IMG/VR virus record: IMGVR_UViG_3300008954_000101
Span: 1 to 41,598 of that record
Direction: 5' to 3' (one strand)
DNA from: a virus
Lineage: Duplodnaviria > Caudoviricetes
DNA: 41,598 nt
This document shows, one piece after another, positions 1-9,243 of this stretch; the first letter of the stretch is position 1; the number at the start of each line of letters is the position of its first letter. A program made the translations under genes and the position numbers. The notes beneath the pieces were generated by a model. It did not search any database. It worked only from the letters and a program-made list of their open reading frames with translations, and had not been told where the DNA came from.

Positions 1-62
<62 letters not shown>

Positions 63-90
63 ATGTAAAAGTGGGCACACACACATAGAA

Positions 91-537
91 TTAGAGTTGG
101 TCTACTAGAGACAAAAACAACTCTGCGTCACTCATCTTTTTGAGAGCGTCAGTATGGTACCAAATCAGTCTAATCCCTGCATACTCATAATACTCGTTGC
201 GTTTGTTAGTCTGTTTGATTCCTTTTTTTGTGTTAAAGTGGAAATCTCCGTCTACCTCAATGATTAGATTCTTGAGTGGGAAAAATAAGTCTGGCTTGAA
301 AGTTTCCCAGTCTCTCCAGAGATCCTCCTTTGTTTTGTAGCCTTTTGGCTGCTCCATCTGCCATTTGTGGGTCTGTTTGTTGATGAAAATTACTTGATCA
401 AAAAGGGGATAGTGTCTGATGTTATTATTTCTGAGGATTACTGCTATACGGTTTTTCTCATTGTTGTCGTGACCGTCAGTAGAGTCCCAGCCTCTCTGTG
501 CTCTATGGATCCACTGCTTAGTCATTTTACTCTCCAA
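91..537 (-). CDS. DUF559/Vsr-like PD-(D/E)xK endonuclease
   Basis: Motifs FKPDLFF...IIEVDGDFH...R...Y..AGIRLI. Confidence 0.75.
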   Translation of the reverse strand: MESKMTKQWIHRAQRGWDSTDGHDNNEKNRIAVILRNNNIRHYPLFDQVIFINKQTHKWQMEQPKGYKTKEDLWRDWETFKPDLFFPLKNLIIEVDGDFHFNTKKGIKQTNKRNEYYEYAGIRLIWYHTDALKKMSDAELFLSLVDQL

Positions 538-788
538 CTCCAGACGGTTCTTTTGGATATTGAGCAGGCTCTTTTTTCACACTCTTTGATAATTCCCATA
601 TCTAGTAACTCTTTGCGTCTGGGTCTGACCTTGTTTGGGTCAGTTAATCCCAGATACTTTGTTATTTCTAAATCAGTGGGACAGCCAAGGGTAATGATAG
701 CCTGAAAAACGACCTCCTGCTTGGCTCCTAGTGTGGGTTTTAGTTCCTGATATGAGTCTAGGCTAGTGTCTCTCATATTCTTAACCAC
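522..788 (-). CDS. Winged-helix DNA-binding protein
   Basis: TDLEITKYLG..DPNKVRPRRKELLDMGII HTH plus wing pattern. Confidence 0.7.
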   Translation of the reverse strand: MVKNMRDTSLDSYQELKPTLGAKQEVVFQAIITLGCPTDLEITKYLGLTDPNKVRPRRKELLDMGIIKECEKRACSISKRTVWSWRVK

Positions 789-1027
789 TTTTTGTTGTCC
801 ATTTGTCTAGCCAGTCCCTTATCTCTAAGGGTGTATAGGATTCTCCTAACTGATGAGTCAGGCATTTTGTTTTTTAATACTCTGTAGAGTACCTTAGTTT
901 TTCTAGGGAATGAAATCTCATCATATACTGCCTTTTGATGAGGGGACAAATAGTCAGGGTTGTGGACTACTGCAGCCTCCCCCGTGACAATATCGTCTTT
1001 TACCATATATCGGTCTGAGACGCTCAT
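773..1027 (-). CDS. Winged-helix DNA-binding protein
   Basis: LSPHQKAVYDEI...DSSVRRILYTLRDKGLAR...W. Confidence 0.65.
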   Translation of the reverse strand: MSVSDRYMVKDDIVTGEAAVVHNPDYLSPHQKAVYDEISFPRKTKVLYRVLKNKMPDSSVRRILYTLRDKGLARQMDNKKWLRI

Positions 1028-1350
1028 CTCATCTTCCTCGATATGGCGTATTTCCAGATACCCTCTACCATTTCAGGAGATAACTCAGGTTCTAAGTTGT
1101 CGTCTGTTTGGGCTGGAGTGTTTGGATAAATTACTCCCTTAATGGCTTGAATCTCTGCCACAATTTGCTCAATAGGAACCTCAGGTCTAGGGGCTTTAGG
1201 TTGTGGGGCTTTGCAGTTGTGTGCTGTGCCATCTGGATTTACTGGACGGGCTCCCTGCTCGTATGGTTCTTTCCATTTTAGAACTGCTTTGCAGTCTCTA
1301 CAAGTTGGATCAGCCACGTTTGTAAACATCTCCCTCAAAGCCGTCCCCAC
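1024..1350 (-). CDS. Zn-binding hypothetical protein
   Basis: CRDC...W...NPDG.AHNC; true start may be internal. Confidence 0.55.
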   Translation of the reverse strand: MGTALREMFTNVADPTCRDCKAVLKWKEPYEQGARPVNPDGTAHNCKAPQPKAPRPEVPIEQIVAEIQAIKGVIYPNTPAQTDDNLEPELSPEMVEGIWKYAISRKMR

Positions 1351-1534
1351 TAGGGGTTATTTTGCTAATTAACTGCATTTTATTCCAGTTACTAATTCCA
1401 ATGCAGGCGAGTTCTGTAAGGATCTGCTCAAAACTCCAAGTGTGCCCATCTTGAGACACCTTGGCTCGTATCTTACGGAGTATCTCAGCCTCATTGTCGT
1501 CTAGGTCAATTTTAACAGTAAAAGATTCGGTCAT
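1310..1534 (-). CDS. Ribbon-helix-helix-like protein
   Basis: Beta strand FTVKIDL followed by two helices (EAEILRKIRAK, SFEQILTELAC). Confidence 0.5.
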   Translation of the reverse strand: MTESFTVKIDLDDNEAEILRKIRAKVSQDGHTWSFEQILTELACIGISNWNKMQLISKITPSGDGFEGDVYKRG

Positions 1535-1541
1535 TTTATTG

Positions 1542-1712
1542 TTAATCTCCTCCTATCCGTTTGTATGCTGCTGCCACTCGCTTATCAGTTAAGAGAATTT
1601 CAGTTACTAATTCGTTAATCTCGATTTTAGTTGGAGATTCTGCCACGGCAGATTTAACGGATTTGTGGATTTTCTCTGTGACTGTAAGGTGGTAGCCTAA
1701 TTCTTTTGCCAT
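1542..1712 (-). CDS. 56-aa ribbon-helix-helix-like regulator (not in ORF track)
   Basis: Manual translation MAKELGYHLTVTEKIHKSVKSAVAESPTKIEINELVTEILLTDKRVAAAYKRIGGD; TATA TTTAAATA ~25 nt upstream. Confidence 0.6.
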   Translation of the reverse strand: MAKELGYHLTVTEKIHKSVKSAVAESPTKIEINELVTEILLTDKRVAAAYKRIGGD

Positions 1713-1717
1713 TTAAT

Positions 1718-1745
1718 AATTAAATATTTAATTCCTTATTTAAAG
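1718..1745 (-). promoter_or_regulatory. TATA box plus 16-bp perfect palindrome (operator candidate)
   Basis: AATTAAATATTTAATT at 1718-1733 lies between the TATA (1737-1744) and the ATG at 1712. Confidence 0.65.
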
Positions 1746-1747
1746 AT

Positions 1748-2023
1748 TTAAGTGGTTATTTCGTCAGGTACTGACTGTTTAGGAGTGTTTTTCTTAGGTG
1801 GTTCTACTTTGGATTCCTTTAGTTTGTTTTTCTTCAAGTTTTCGACCTCTCCGTTGAGTCTTTGTATCTCATCATATTGTGCTAGGATAGTCTGACCCAT
1901 ACTTTGTAAAATCATAGTAACGGTAGAGACTGTGTTTGTGTTTGATTTGCCTATTGTAGTTTGGAATAAATCTACTTGTTTTTCAATTTGTTGAACTAAT
2001 CCTGCTTTTGGGTCTGCTGACAT
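1748..2023 (-). CDS. Coiled-coil hypothetical protein
   Basis: Heptad stretch YDEIQRLNGEVENLKK; own TATA-like box near 2046-2053. Confidence 0.6.
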   Translation of the reverse strand: MSADPKAGLVQQIEKQVDLFQTTIGKSNTNTVSTVTMILQSMGQTILAQYDEIQRLNGEVENLKKNKLKESKVEPPKKNTPKQSVPDEITT

Positions 2024-2055
2024 GATAGGATTCTAGTAAATTCCTTATTTAACTA

Positions 2056-3549
2056 TTAAGCCGTGTAGTATGGGATATACCTAGTAAGACCCTGATATTT
2101 TACCTTAAAGTATGATGTAGGATTTGCTGGCAGTGCTGCAGCCCCTCCGTTTGATTTAGCAGAACTGTCTATATCGTGAAAGTCTACCGTGCCACCCGTT
2201 GAGAAATTTACGTCGCCTTGAATATACAGGTCATTCCATTCGTGGGTAGAATCTCCCAAATCCACATTAAGTGCTGATAAGAATGGACGTGCTTTGGCTG
2301 CAAAATCAATCCCTGACGAGGTAAGTGTTAGTATCGAACCATTACCACTTAATGTAACGTCAGTAGGAGAAGTAATATCAATACCATTTCCAAAACTACC
2401 CATATTAATAAAATTCTCAGTGAATCCTACAGAGGTGTCAGACTGGATATATGTAACGTCAATAATTTTATTAGCAGACATATCTAATGGGTTTCTCATC
2501 TCAATGGTATCTTTATTGATGTTTAGTCTTAATGATCCTACAAAGAAACTATGATCTACTGTTGTGGAATTTGTACGGTATTCCAAGTTACCGTTTGAGG
2601 AGTTCTGCATGATGTAATTACCTCCAGAACCAAAGTAATGTCTGGAGTTTGCGTTTTGTTGAATATGTCCACAGTCGTTTATATCTCCAGTATTCATATC
2701 AATGTCCCCACCTGAACTCATATTGAGATAATCTGCACTTTGTATTCCACTGGATCCAGTAAAAGTAAGATCAATACCAATCAACGTTAAATCATTTACG
2801 TCAATATCTGCGACTTGACTCGAATTAATTGCAAATCTATGAGAATCCAATGACGCTACGTTATAATCTAAACCTGACGTGGAACCTGAAATAAAAGCGT
2901 CGTTAGTTCCACTTGCGTTAATCCAAACAGCACTAGCATTTTTGAGAATATATCCTGCTGCAGAATGATGATTAGTCCAAGTAAATGTCTCTCCTCCTGA
3001 ACCTGATCCTACATCATTTATCCCTGCAGAGACCTGATGGAATTTCTCATCTGCAGCGTCATACTGAAAACAAATCCAGTCATTACCTGACATGGAATAG
3101 TCCGCACCTTGTAGCATTTCGATATTGCCTGTAGTTTCGTCTCCGTTTCCTGAGGTGTTCTGGATAGTCCAACTCTGACCAACTAGAGCACTAATCCAGA
3201 CCTGTTGTCCTGCCTTGTAGATAGGTAGTAAGACCTTGAGAGTAAATGCTGAATTATTGTTAATGGTAAGTCTGGAGGCGTTATAGTCTCCAGTGTCTAC
3301 TATTCCACTTGAGGTTAATTGTTCAGTTCCTATTTTGTTATAACCTAGGGCTCCCAGCATTACGCCTCCAAATATTGATAATCCATGCTGCTCTATTGGA
3401 GGACGTGGAGACCCCTCTCCTATGGAATATGATCTAGGGGTAGGTGCCCCTGCTTGCTGTGCTCTTGTTAGACCGTAATTCTCCTGAGTCTGAGAATCCA
3501 TAGTTTTAAGATAATCAACAATACCGCCCCGTTTCTCTGCCTTACCCAT
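2056..3549 (-). CDS. Tail fibre/receptor-binding protein
   Basis: G/S/N/D-rich beta-type sequence; VDLGDSTHEWNDLY and C-terminal ALPANPTSYFKV...YIPYY motifs typical of fibres; last gene of the tail block. Confidence 0.7.
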   Translation of the reverse strand: MGKAEKRGGIVDYLKTMDSQTQENYGLTRAQQAGAPTPRSYSIGEGSPRPPIEQHGLSIFGGVMLGALGYNKIGTEQLTSSGIVDTGDYNASRLTINNNSAFTLKVLLPIYKAGQQVWISALVGQSWTIQNTSGNGDETTGNIEMLQGADYSMSGNDWICFQYDAADEKFHQVSAGINDVGSGSGGETFTWTNHHSAAGYILKNASAVWINASGTNDAFISGSTSGLDYNVASLDSHRFAINSSQVADIDVNDLTLIGIDLTFTGSSGIQSADYLNMSSGGDIDMNTGDINDCGHIQQNANSRHYFGSGGNYIMQNSSNGNLEYRTNSTTVDHSFFVGSLRLNINKDTIEMRNPLDMSANKIIDVTYIQSDTSVGFTENFINMGSFGNGIDITSPTDVTLSGNGSILTLTSSGIDFAAKARPFLSALNVDLGDSTHEWNDLYIQGDVNFSTGGTVDFHDIDSSAKSNGGAAALPANPTSYFKVKYQGLTRYIPYYTA

Positions 3550-6410
3550 TATTCAAATCTCCTCGAACCGTAAATTTTTCTCAAGAATCCTCCACGTCCA
3601 TTCTTAACCTTAGTCATGGAATATTCGATTTTTTTGGCTACTAATTTTATGGAATTAACTGACTCTCCTGTTTTTAGGTCGTATGCTGTAGAGTCGAGGT
3701 GTACTATTCTAGGATTAGTGTAGAGGAATGAATCCCCAAATCTAATATCAAAGGCTCCCTGAGTTCCTACTGTGAAATCTTTATGCCTAAATGCCATTCT
3801 CTGAGCCTCTCCTAGAGCGTCTTTTTCTAATTGTCTCTTTGAAAAAATTTGATTCCTTTGCATGAATGGTGCCTCAATATTACGGGTAGTCTCCACTGCG
3901 TCCTCTCCCACGGCTGAGCCGTCTGCCATAGCCATAGCCAGATTTCGTTTAGTGAATCTAAAAGAATCCCATTGGAGTTTCCCAGAACTTGCAATAAGTG
4001 GAGTCTGAGTCTGTGGGTCTAATACACCGTCTAATCCTACAAATCCCTTTAGAGGAGAGTATCTACCAAAGTCGTCGTAAAATGATTGTAGTTGGAATGA
4101 GATTAGTTTTAGTTTCCTCCACTCAAAGACGTTGGCTAGTTCCTGCTCTTTTGGTCTGATAACTGAGCCTCCTGCAGCAGACTCTATGCTAGTGAGAGGC
4201 TTTGCACCTCTATACACTTTGAATCCTGATAGTGGGAAATGAGTATCTGTCCATGTGTTCTTAAACGGTACATTTTGATCAAGTACCATGACGTTATCCT
4301 CGCTATCATATACGGTACATCTGACAGGGAAATTAGCCTGCAGTCTGAGTCTTTTATCTCTGTGATCACTAGAGGAGGTCTCTGCTGCTATTCCCACGTA
4401 TTCTTTGATGTTAAGCATGATTGAAATATCTGTAATCTGTCCAAAGTCCTCAGCGTTGGCGTTGTTAAATCCACGGTCTCCATTACTTGTAAAATCAAAT
4501 CCTGACGGGTCTAAATATGCAGGCTCCAAAGTGTCATTATTACCATATAGGTCTCCAATATTTTCACTGTATGAGGCTGCGTGTCGTTTCCATGGGAACG
4601 GGAATTGAAAGCAAATACCCATGAATCCTTTGAAATATGCAGCGTCATTGGCTAAATCAGATATTTTATTCCATGTTTGGTAAAATTGTAATCCTGATTG
4701 ATAATTAGAATGGGTGGAGTCTGAGAAGTCTTTTTCGCCCTCAAGGATAGGAGTGTCATGCTGTTGCCCATCTATTGCAGTTATACTGTCATAAGTGTGA
4801 AAGCAGTCAGTCTTTGCTACGGTGTTAGTAATGGCTGTCCAGTCTAATGCAGTGTTATCCCATTCAAACGTTTTACCCTCAGACAATACGGCTATCTGTG
4901 CCTTATCTCCAAGGTCGCCAGTAGCACTACTCCACTTTCCTTTTACAACGAAAAATCCTTTTTGTGAGTCCCATTCACATAATGAATTTACGTATGATTT
5001 GCCAGTGACAGGATCCGTACCTGATAAAGCCCCACTTGTTAAGTTAAGTAATCTAAATCCATCATGGTATAGTGCAGTACCGTCTCCCAATGTATCTGCG
5101 TCTAAGGTAAATACCGTACTGTCCCCATCTATGCCAGATACTGCGTGAGCCCACGTCCTGTAAAAGTCATTTTTGTGGGCTGGAGTTGTACCCTCCTCCT
5201 GATAATTAATTACAAGATTGCCGTCCCACATCATACGGGAACCCTCTGCTGCTGCAATATTGGCTCCTGCTTGCTCCCACAGTCCTTTTTTGCCTACAGT
5301 CCAAGGAGAATACTGTTTAGCAGTAGATACGGCTCCGCCTCCAGTAAGCCAATTATTAAAAGTCCAAGGCACCCAGTAGAGAGTAGAGACTCCTGCCACA
5401 GGTTTTGTGGAGATAGTGCCGTCAGTAGTTTTGACACATTTGTAATGCTTTCCCTCAAATTGTATGTATGAATCTGCATAGTAAATTGTCCCTAATACCC
5501 ATTCAGGAGTAAAAATCCAGTCAAGTTCTAATGCTGTATATTCTGAGACTTCTTTTGGTAGTGTGCCAAGTTCGCCCCATGATAAAACCCTAGTAGCCCT
5601 CTGAGCCTCTATTCCTCCCTCCTGCTCGTCAGTGTCTGTGTTTACTGAGGTAGATCCGTTAGTAGCGTCAATCTCAACTAGAGAGCCTCCCCCTGCCTCA
5701 GGATCTGAACCACTACTAAAACACCTCATCTTTATTTTATGTAAATCACTAGCGTCAGTGTCAAATCCTAAATCAAAGTAATCAAGTACCCCTCCCAAAT
5801 CTACCGTGCTGGCTTGCTGATCAATGAGTGTATTCATTAAGTCGTGCATAAATGTGGGCTTTGTACCGTAATCATAGACGTTAAGCGTGTGTTTTGGTAA
5901 TGCGTTTCCTAGTTGTGTAGATGTGGAATAAGCAGAGTCGTGCTCAGATAAGTCAGGCATTTTGCCTCCGTTGGCTTTAGTGGCTGGATCTAAATTGTAA
6001 GTGTCTCCAATATCTTTCATTACTTCATAGGCGGTTTTGAACCATTGAGGTCGTGCATAGTGGATATGCTGTAAATACCACTCATTACCTAGACATTGAA
6101 TCTCTGCAGTGGTTCCCTGCCCATTGTCCTCTGAGGGAATAATTCGTTTAACCTCAAATACTCTGTCATAGGATCCTCCCAGTCCGTCAGTGGCTACTAT
6201 TCTAAATTTATCAAATTGGTCGATAATAGGAGCCTGTGTAAGAAATTTACCTCCTGTGGCATTTAATACAATATTGGCAGCGTTTACCTCAGTGCCTCCA
6301 TTATCTGTAAACATTGGAATAGAGTCAATGTCTGAGGGGTCTAAAACTGTGCTAGACCATGAGTTTGACTCATCATAGTGAGTGAGAGTCAGTGTCCATG
6401 CAGAGGTCAT
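3549..6410 (-). CDS. Tail tip/baseplate hub protein with CBM5/12-like insert
   Basis: 953 aa, follows a Dit-sized gene; PEWVLGTIYYADSYIQFEGKHYKC resembles CBM5/12; C-terminal IRFGDS hub-like end. Confidence 0.6.
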   Translation of the reverse strand: MTSAWTLTLTHYDESNSWSSTVLDPSDIDSIPMFTDNGGTEVNAANIVLNATGGKFLTQAPIIDQFDKFRIVATDGLGGSYDRVFEVKRIIPSEDNGQGTTAEIQCLGNEWYLQHIHYARPQWFKTAYEVMKDIGDTYNLDPATKANGGKMPDLSEHDSAYSTSTQLGNALPKHTLNVYDYGTKPTFMHDLMNTLIDQQASTVDLGGVLDYFDLGFDTDASDLHKIKMRCFSSGSDPEAGGGSLVEIDATNGSTSVNTDTDEQEGGIEAQRATRVLSWGELGTLPKEVSEYTALELDWIFTPEWVLGTIYYADSYIQFEGKHYKCVKTTDGTISTKPVAGVSTLYWVPWTFNNWLTGGGAVSTAKQYSPWTVGKKGLWEQAGANIAAAEGSRMMWDGNLVINYQEEGTTPAHKNDFYRTWAHAVSGIDGDSTVFTLDADTLGDGTALYHDGFRLLNLTSGALSGTDPVTGKSYVNSLCEWDSQKGFFVVKGKWSSATGDLGDKAQIAVLSEGKTFEWDNTALDWTAITNTVAKTDCFHTYDSITAIDGQQHDTPILEGEKDFSDSTHSNYQSGLQFYQTWNKISDLANDAAYFKGFMGICFQFPFPWKRHAASYSENIGDLYGNNDTLEPAYLDPSGFDFTSNGDRGFNNANAEDFGQITDISIMLNIKEYVGIAAETSSSDHRDKRLRLQANFPVRCTVYDSEDNVMVLDQNVPFKNTWTDTHFPLSGFKVYRGAKPLTSIESAAGGSVIRPKEQELANVFEWRKLKLISFQLQSFYDDFGRYSPLKGFVGLDGVLDPQTQTPLIASSGKLQWDSFRFTKRNLAMAMADGSAVGEDAVETTRNIEAPFMQRNQIFSKRQLEKDALGEAQRMAFRHKDFTVGTQGAFDIRFGDSFLYTNPRIVHLDSTAYDLKTGESVNSIKLVAKKIEYSMTKVKNGRGGFLRKIYGSRRFE

Positions 6411-6925
6411 AGGTTTGCGATAAGTCCCGATTTATTGCCGTTGTATTTTAATGTCATACTAAATGCTGTTTTATCTTTGTATTCTCCGTCATGTGAGACC
6501 TCAATATCCTCAATGAGCCAGCCATACCCTACAGGGGCTGCAGTACCTAGAGGCTGTATATCAAACTCTGGATAATTACCAAAGACAGTACCAAATCTAC
6601 CATGTGGGAAATTAGTTGTAGTTTTGTCCTCTAGTCCCCATCTGATTAGATTTTTCCTATTGCTTTTATTAGTACCATTTTTCATAACACCATTAACGTA
6701 AACTCTGACAGAACCTACTCCCCCGTCCTGACTTGGATTAATGTCTCCTTTTAGAGCATTAGTTTGGGATATGTCTACTGAGACCTCTGCCCGTAATGCC
6801 TTGAAATATTGTTGATTAGCAGCCACTGTAGCCTCGTCAAATTCGATAACTACTGCAGCACCGTCAGTGATTAAGGCACTGCTGGCACTGTCTCCGATTC
6901 TCCAGATTCTGTTAATGCCTGCCAT
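6407..6925 (-). CDS. Putative distal tail protein
   Basis: Position and size; beta-rich C terminus LIEDIEV...FSMTL. Confidence 0.45.
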   Translation of the reverse strand: MAGINRIWRIGDSASSALITDGAAVVIEFDEATVAANQQYFKALRAEVSVDISQTNALKGDINPSQDGGVGSVRVYVNGVMKNGTNKSNRKNLIRWGLEDKTTTNFPHGRFGTVFGNYPEFDIQPLGTAAPVGYGWLIEDIEVSHDGEYKDKTAFSMTLKYNGNKSGLIANL

Positions 6926-7584
6926 TAGAAATTCCTACTCCCGTGACTTGGCATACCATTAGGATTAAAACTAGACATATCATAAGCAGATATTTCTCTG
7001 CCGTAAAAGTTTGCTGGTATTTTACTTGACATTGACCTATCCATAATAGAATAAATGTTACCGCCTATATTACCCTGACCGCCTCTAAGTCCTCCTATTG
7101 ATGTGGTAATCAAGGTTCTAAATCCTTGTCTGAGTTGTGCTTTGAACATTCTGTCCAGAAATGCTGCGACCTCTGCGTTGATTACTCTCTTAAATCTCCT
7201 ATCAAGTGGCATACCGTCTCTAGTTAGATATTCAATACCAAATTTGATAGCCTCCATAATTGCCGTGGCAAGTAATAGGGCTCCTGCTCCTTTGGCAAAC
7301 TTTGACATGAAAATCCTCATAATGAATCCGTCTGGAGACTTTGCCATACCAACGACATTACTTATTTGGTCTTTTGATAATGCCATAATATCGCCAATTT
7401 TTGACTTACCTAATGTTTTCTGAATAATGGCTTGCTGCTCCATACTTTCAACGCCAGAGGATAATCCAGCACCTTGAGCCTTTGAGAGTTTTTGTATTGT
7501 CTCGTCTACTTTGGTTTCATCTCCAGTTACTATCTCAATAGGGATACGTAGTACCTTACCGATTCTTGGATTTTCTGAACTCAT
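6925..7584 (-). CDS. Short tape-measure-like protein
   Basis: Helical A/G/I-rich sequence with a hydrophobic segment, at the TMP position. Confidence 0.45.
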   Translation of the reverse strand: MSSENPRIGKVLRIPIEIVTGDETKVDETIQKLSKAQGAGLSSGVESMEQQAIIQKTLGKSKIGDIMALSKDQISNVVGMAKSPDGFIMRIFMSKFAKGAGALLLATAIMEAIKFGIEYLTRDGMPLDRRFKRVINAEVAAFLDRMFKAQLRQGFRTLITTSIGGLRGGQGNIGGNIYSIMDRSMSSKIPANFYGREISAYDMSSFNPNGMPSHGSRNF

Positions 7585-8012
7585 TGTTTACTCCTGATAA
7601 TATACTGTCTTTGTTGTTCTGTTCTACAGATTTGACATATTTTACGTCCTTTGTTATTGACTCCAGTATATTCATGTCCTTGAGGACAGTGTGTTTTATT
7701 TTTATTAAAATGATTAATTTTACCTGTTAATCCTCTCTTAGTATTTTCTTGAGTAGTTACTGCCTCCAAGTGATCAGGATTGACACATTTCCTATTTCTG
7801 CAGAGGTGGTCTAGTTGTAGTCCTTGAGGTATAATCTCTTTGAATAATTCATACGAAAATCTGTGAGCACTAACTCGTTTATTGTACCAAAACTGACCAT
7901 ATCCGTCATTAATACTGCCTGTCCATAACCAACAATTATCAGTTTTTTCTACCTTATCCATGAATCTGGCAATATCTTTAGGGTTCAACGTAACCTCGCC
8001 TCCTGCAGCCAT
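7581..8012 (-). CDS. HNH homing endonuclease
   Basis: CWLWTG...GYG...AHRFSY...LDHLCRNRKCVNPDHLE..T..EN, plus C-terminal THCPQGH...CQIC. Confidence 0.9.
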   Translation of the reverse strand: MAAGGEVTLNPKDIARFMDKVEKTDNCWLWTGSINDGYGQFWYNKRVSAHRFSYELFKEIIPQGLQLDHLCRNRKCVNPDHLEAVTTQENTKRGLTGKINHFNKNKTHCPQGHEYTGVNNKGRKICQICRTEQQRQYIIRSKQ

Positions 8013-8446
8013 CTGTTAGCACCGTCAATTAGTGCATTAAGGAACCTCTCAAAGAATCCAAAATTTTCAGCAGAATTAACGATATGGTATCCCTTGAATC
8101 CTCTAGGGTGGGTGTGTTTACTGAAATGCCATTGACCTCTCCAGTGAAATTTCAAAGTATCTGCTCCTCCATTCTCTTTGCCAAGTGGATAAACGTCATA
8201 GTCTCCCCAGCCATATTCTAACAAGTCGATATATTCGTGATCATTGACTAACTCTAACTGTAAATATCCAGTGTTGTTTACGTGCCAAGAATCTATTACA
8301 GACTGTGCATGACCTCTGCTAGTTTGTAGGTCTCTGATAGGATCTAGGATATACTTGATAGCATAGTTCATTTTGTGAGTTTCAATCCAGTCTAATGCTC
8401 TAGTAGGTGCTGACTGCAGACGCAGCATAGCAGTATTAAAATCCAT
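7985..8446 (-). CDS. HK97 gp10-like neck/tail completion protein
   Basis: YIDLLEYG...LKFHW...FSKHTHPRGFKG pattern. Confidence 0.55.
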   Translation of the reverse strand: MDFNTAMLRLQSAPTRALDWIETHKMNYAIKYILDPIRDLQTSRGHAQSVIDSWHVNNTGYLQLELVNDHEYIDLLEYGWGDYDVYPLGKENGGADTLKFHWRGQWHFSKHTHPRGFKGYHIVNSAENFGFFERFLNALIDGANRWLQEARLR

Positions 8447-8898
8447 TATCCAGTTATGTCGGTGGCTGCGACAATGGTGCCGTCAGTCTCTGCTCCTCCA
8501 GTTACTCTAAATCTCATACGACATTTGACTCCGCCCTCTACAGGTTTAGAAAAAGTGACCTCAGGTACTTTGCAGTTCATTTTAACTGTCTTTGTGTTAG
8601 CACCTGTTTTATCAGCATAAATTAAATGAAATTCCTTTGAGGGTAAATCCCCGTCAGAATTGAGAATAGTATAGCCATGAAATGTGTTAATTTCTGGAGT
8701 TGAGAGTAATAATGTGGCAGTAAATGAGTCGTCAGACTGACCATAGAAATACACAGATCCTGCGTCTGTAGCCTCTCTAGCCTCAGGGTGGTTAAATGAT
8801 TGTTCAATTTCTTGGAGTAAAATAAGCCTATTACCGCCAATATCTAAGTGAACTTTTGAGGCGTTAATTGCCTCGGCTACCTCTCCTATGTTTGCCAT
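8446..8898 (-). CDS. Putative tail tube protein
   Basis: 150 aa, beta-rich, own late-type promoter, in the tail block. Confidence 0.5.
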   Translation of the reverse strand: MANIGEVAEAINASKVHLDIGGNRLILLQEIEQSFNHPEAREATDAGSVYFYGQSDDSFTATLLLSTPEINTFHGYTILNSDGDLPSKEFHLIYADKTGANTKTVKMNCKVPEVTFSKPVEGGVKCRMRFRVTGGAETDGTIVAATDITG

Positions 8899-8940
8899 GT
8901 CCAGTATACTGACTAATCTATTAAAAGAGTTAAGAAAAAA

Positions 8941-9207
8941 TTAAAGATTGTGGGCTATTTCATACTCAGCCACACATTCGGGACAGTTACCGTCCACTTC
9001 CTCGACTTTGTGAACTCTACAGATTCCAGAGAAATCGCAAGCCCAATACCAGCCATCTTGATCAAATCTCCCAGTCTTTGATTTCAACTGAGTGGGATTG
9101 ACACAACTAGCATGATAGTGAGTTATAGCACCCGTGCTGTTGTTTAGGTGGTATACTCCCTCAGTAGTCTCTTTTTTGCAAGTTGCACAAATTTGGTATT
9201 TTACCAT
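8941..9207 (-). CDS. Cys/His-rich small protein, stand-alone cassette inside the tail operon
   Basis: CATC, HASC, CPEC motifs; early-type promoter 9231-9243; T-run after the stop. Confidence 0.7.
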   Translation of the reverse strand: MVKYQICATCKKETTEGVYHLNNSTGAITHYHASCVNPTQLKSKTGRFDQDGWYWACDFSGICRVHKVEEVDGNCPECVAEYEIAHNL

Positions 9208-9243
9208 ACCTTTTTCACGGTAATACTCTATTTAAATATTTAA

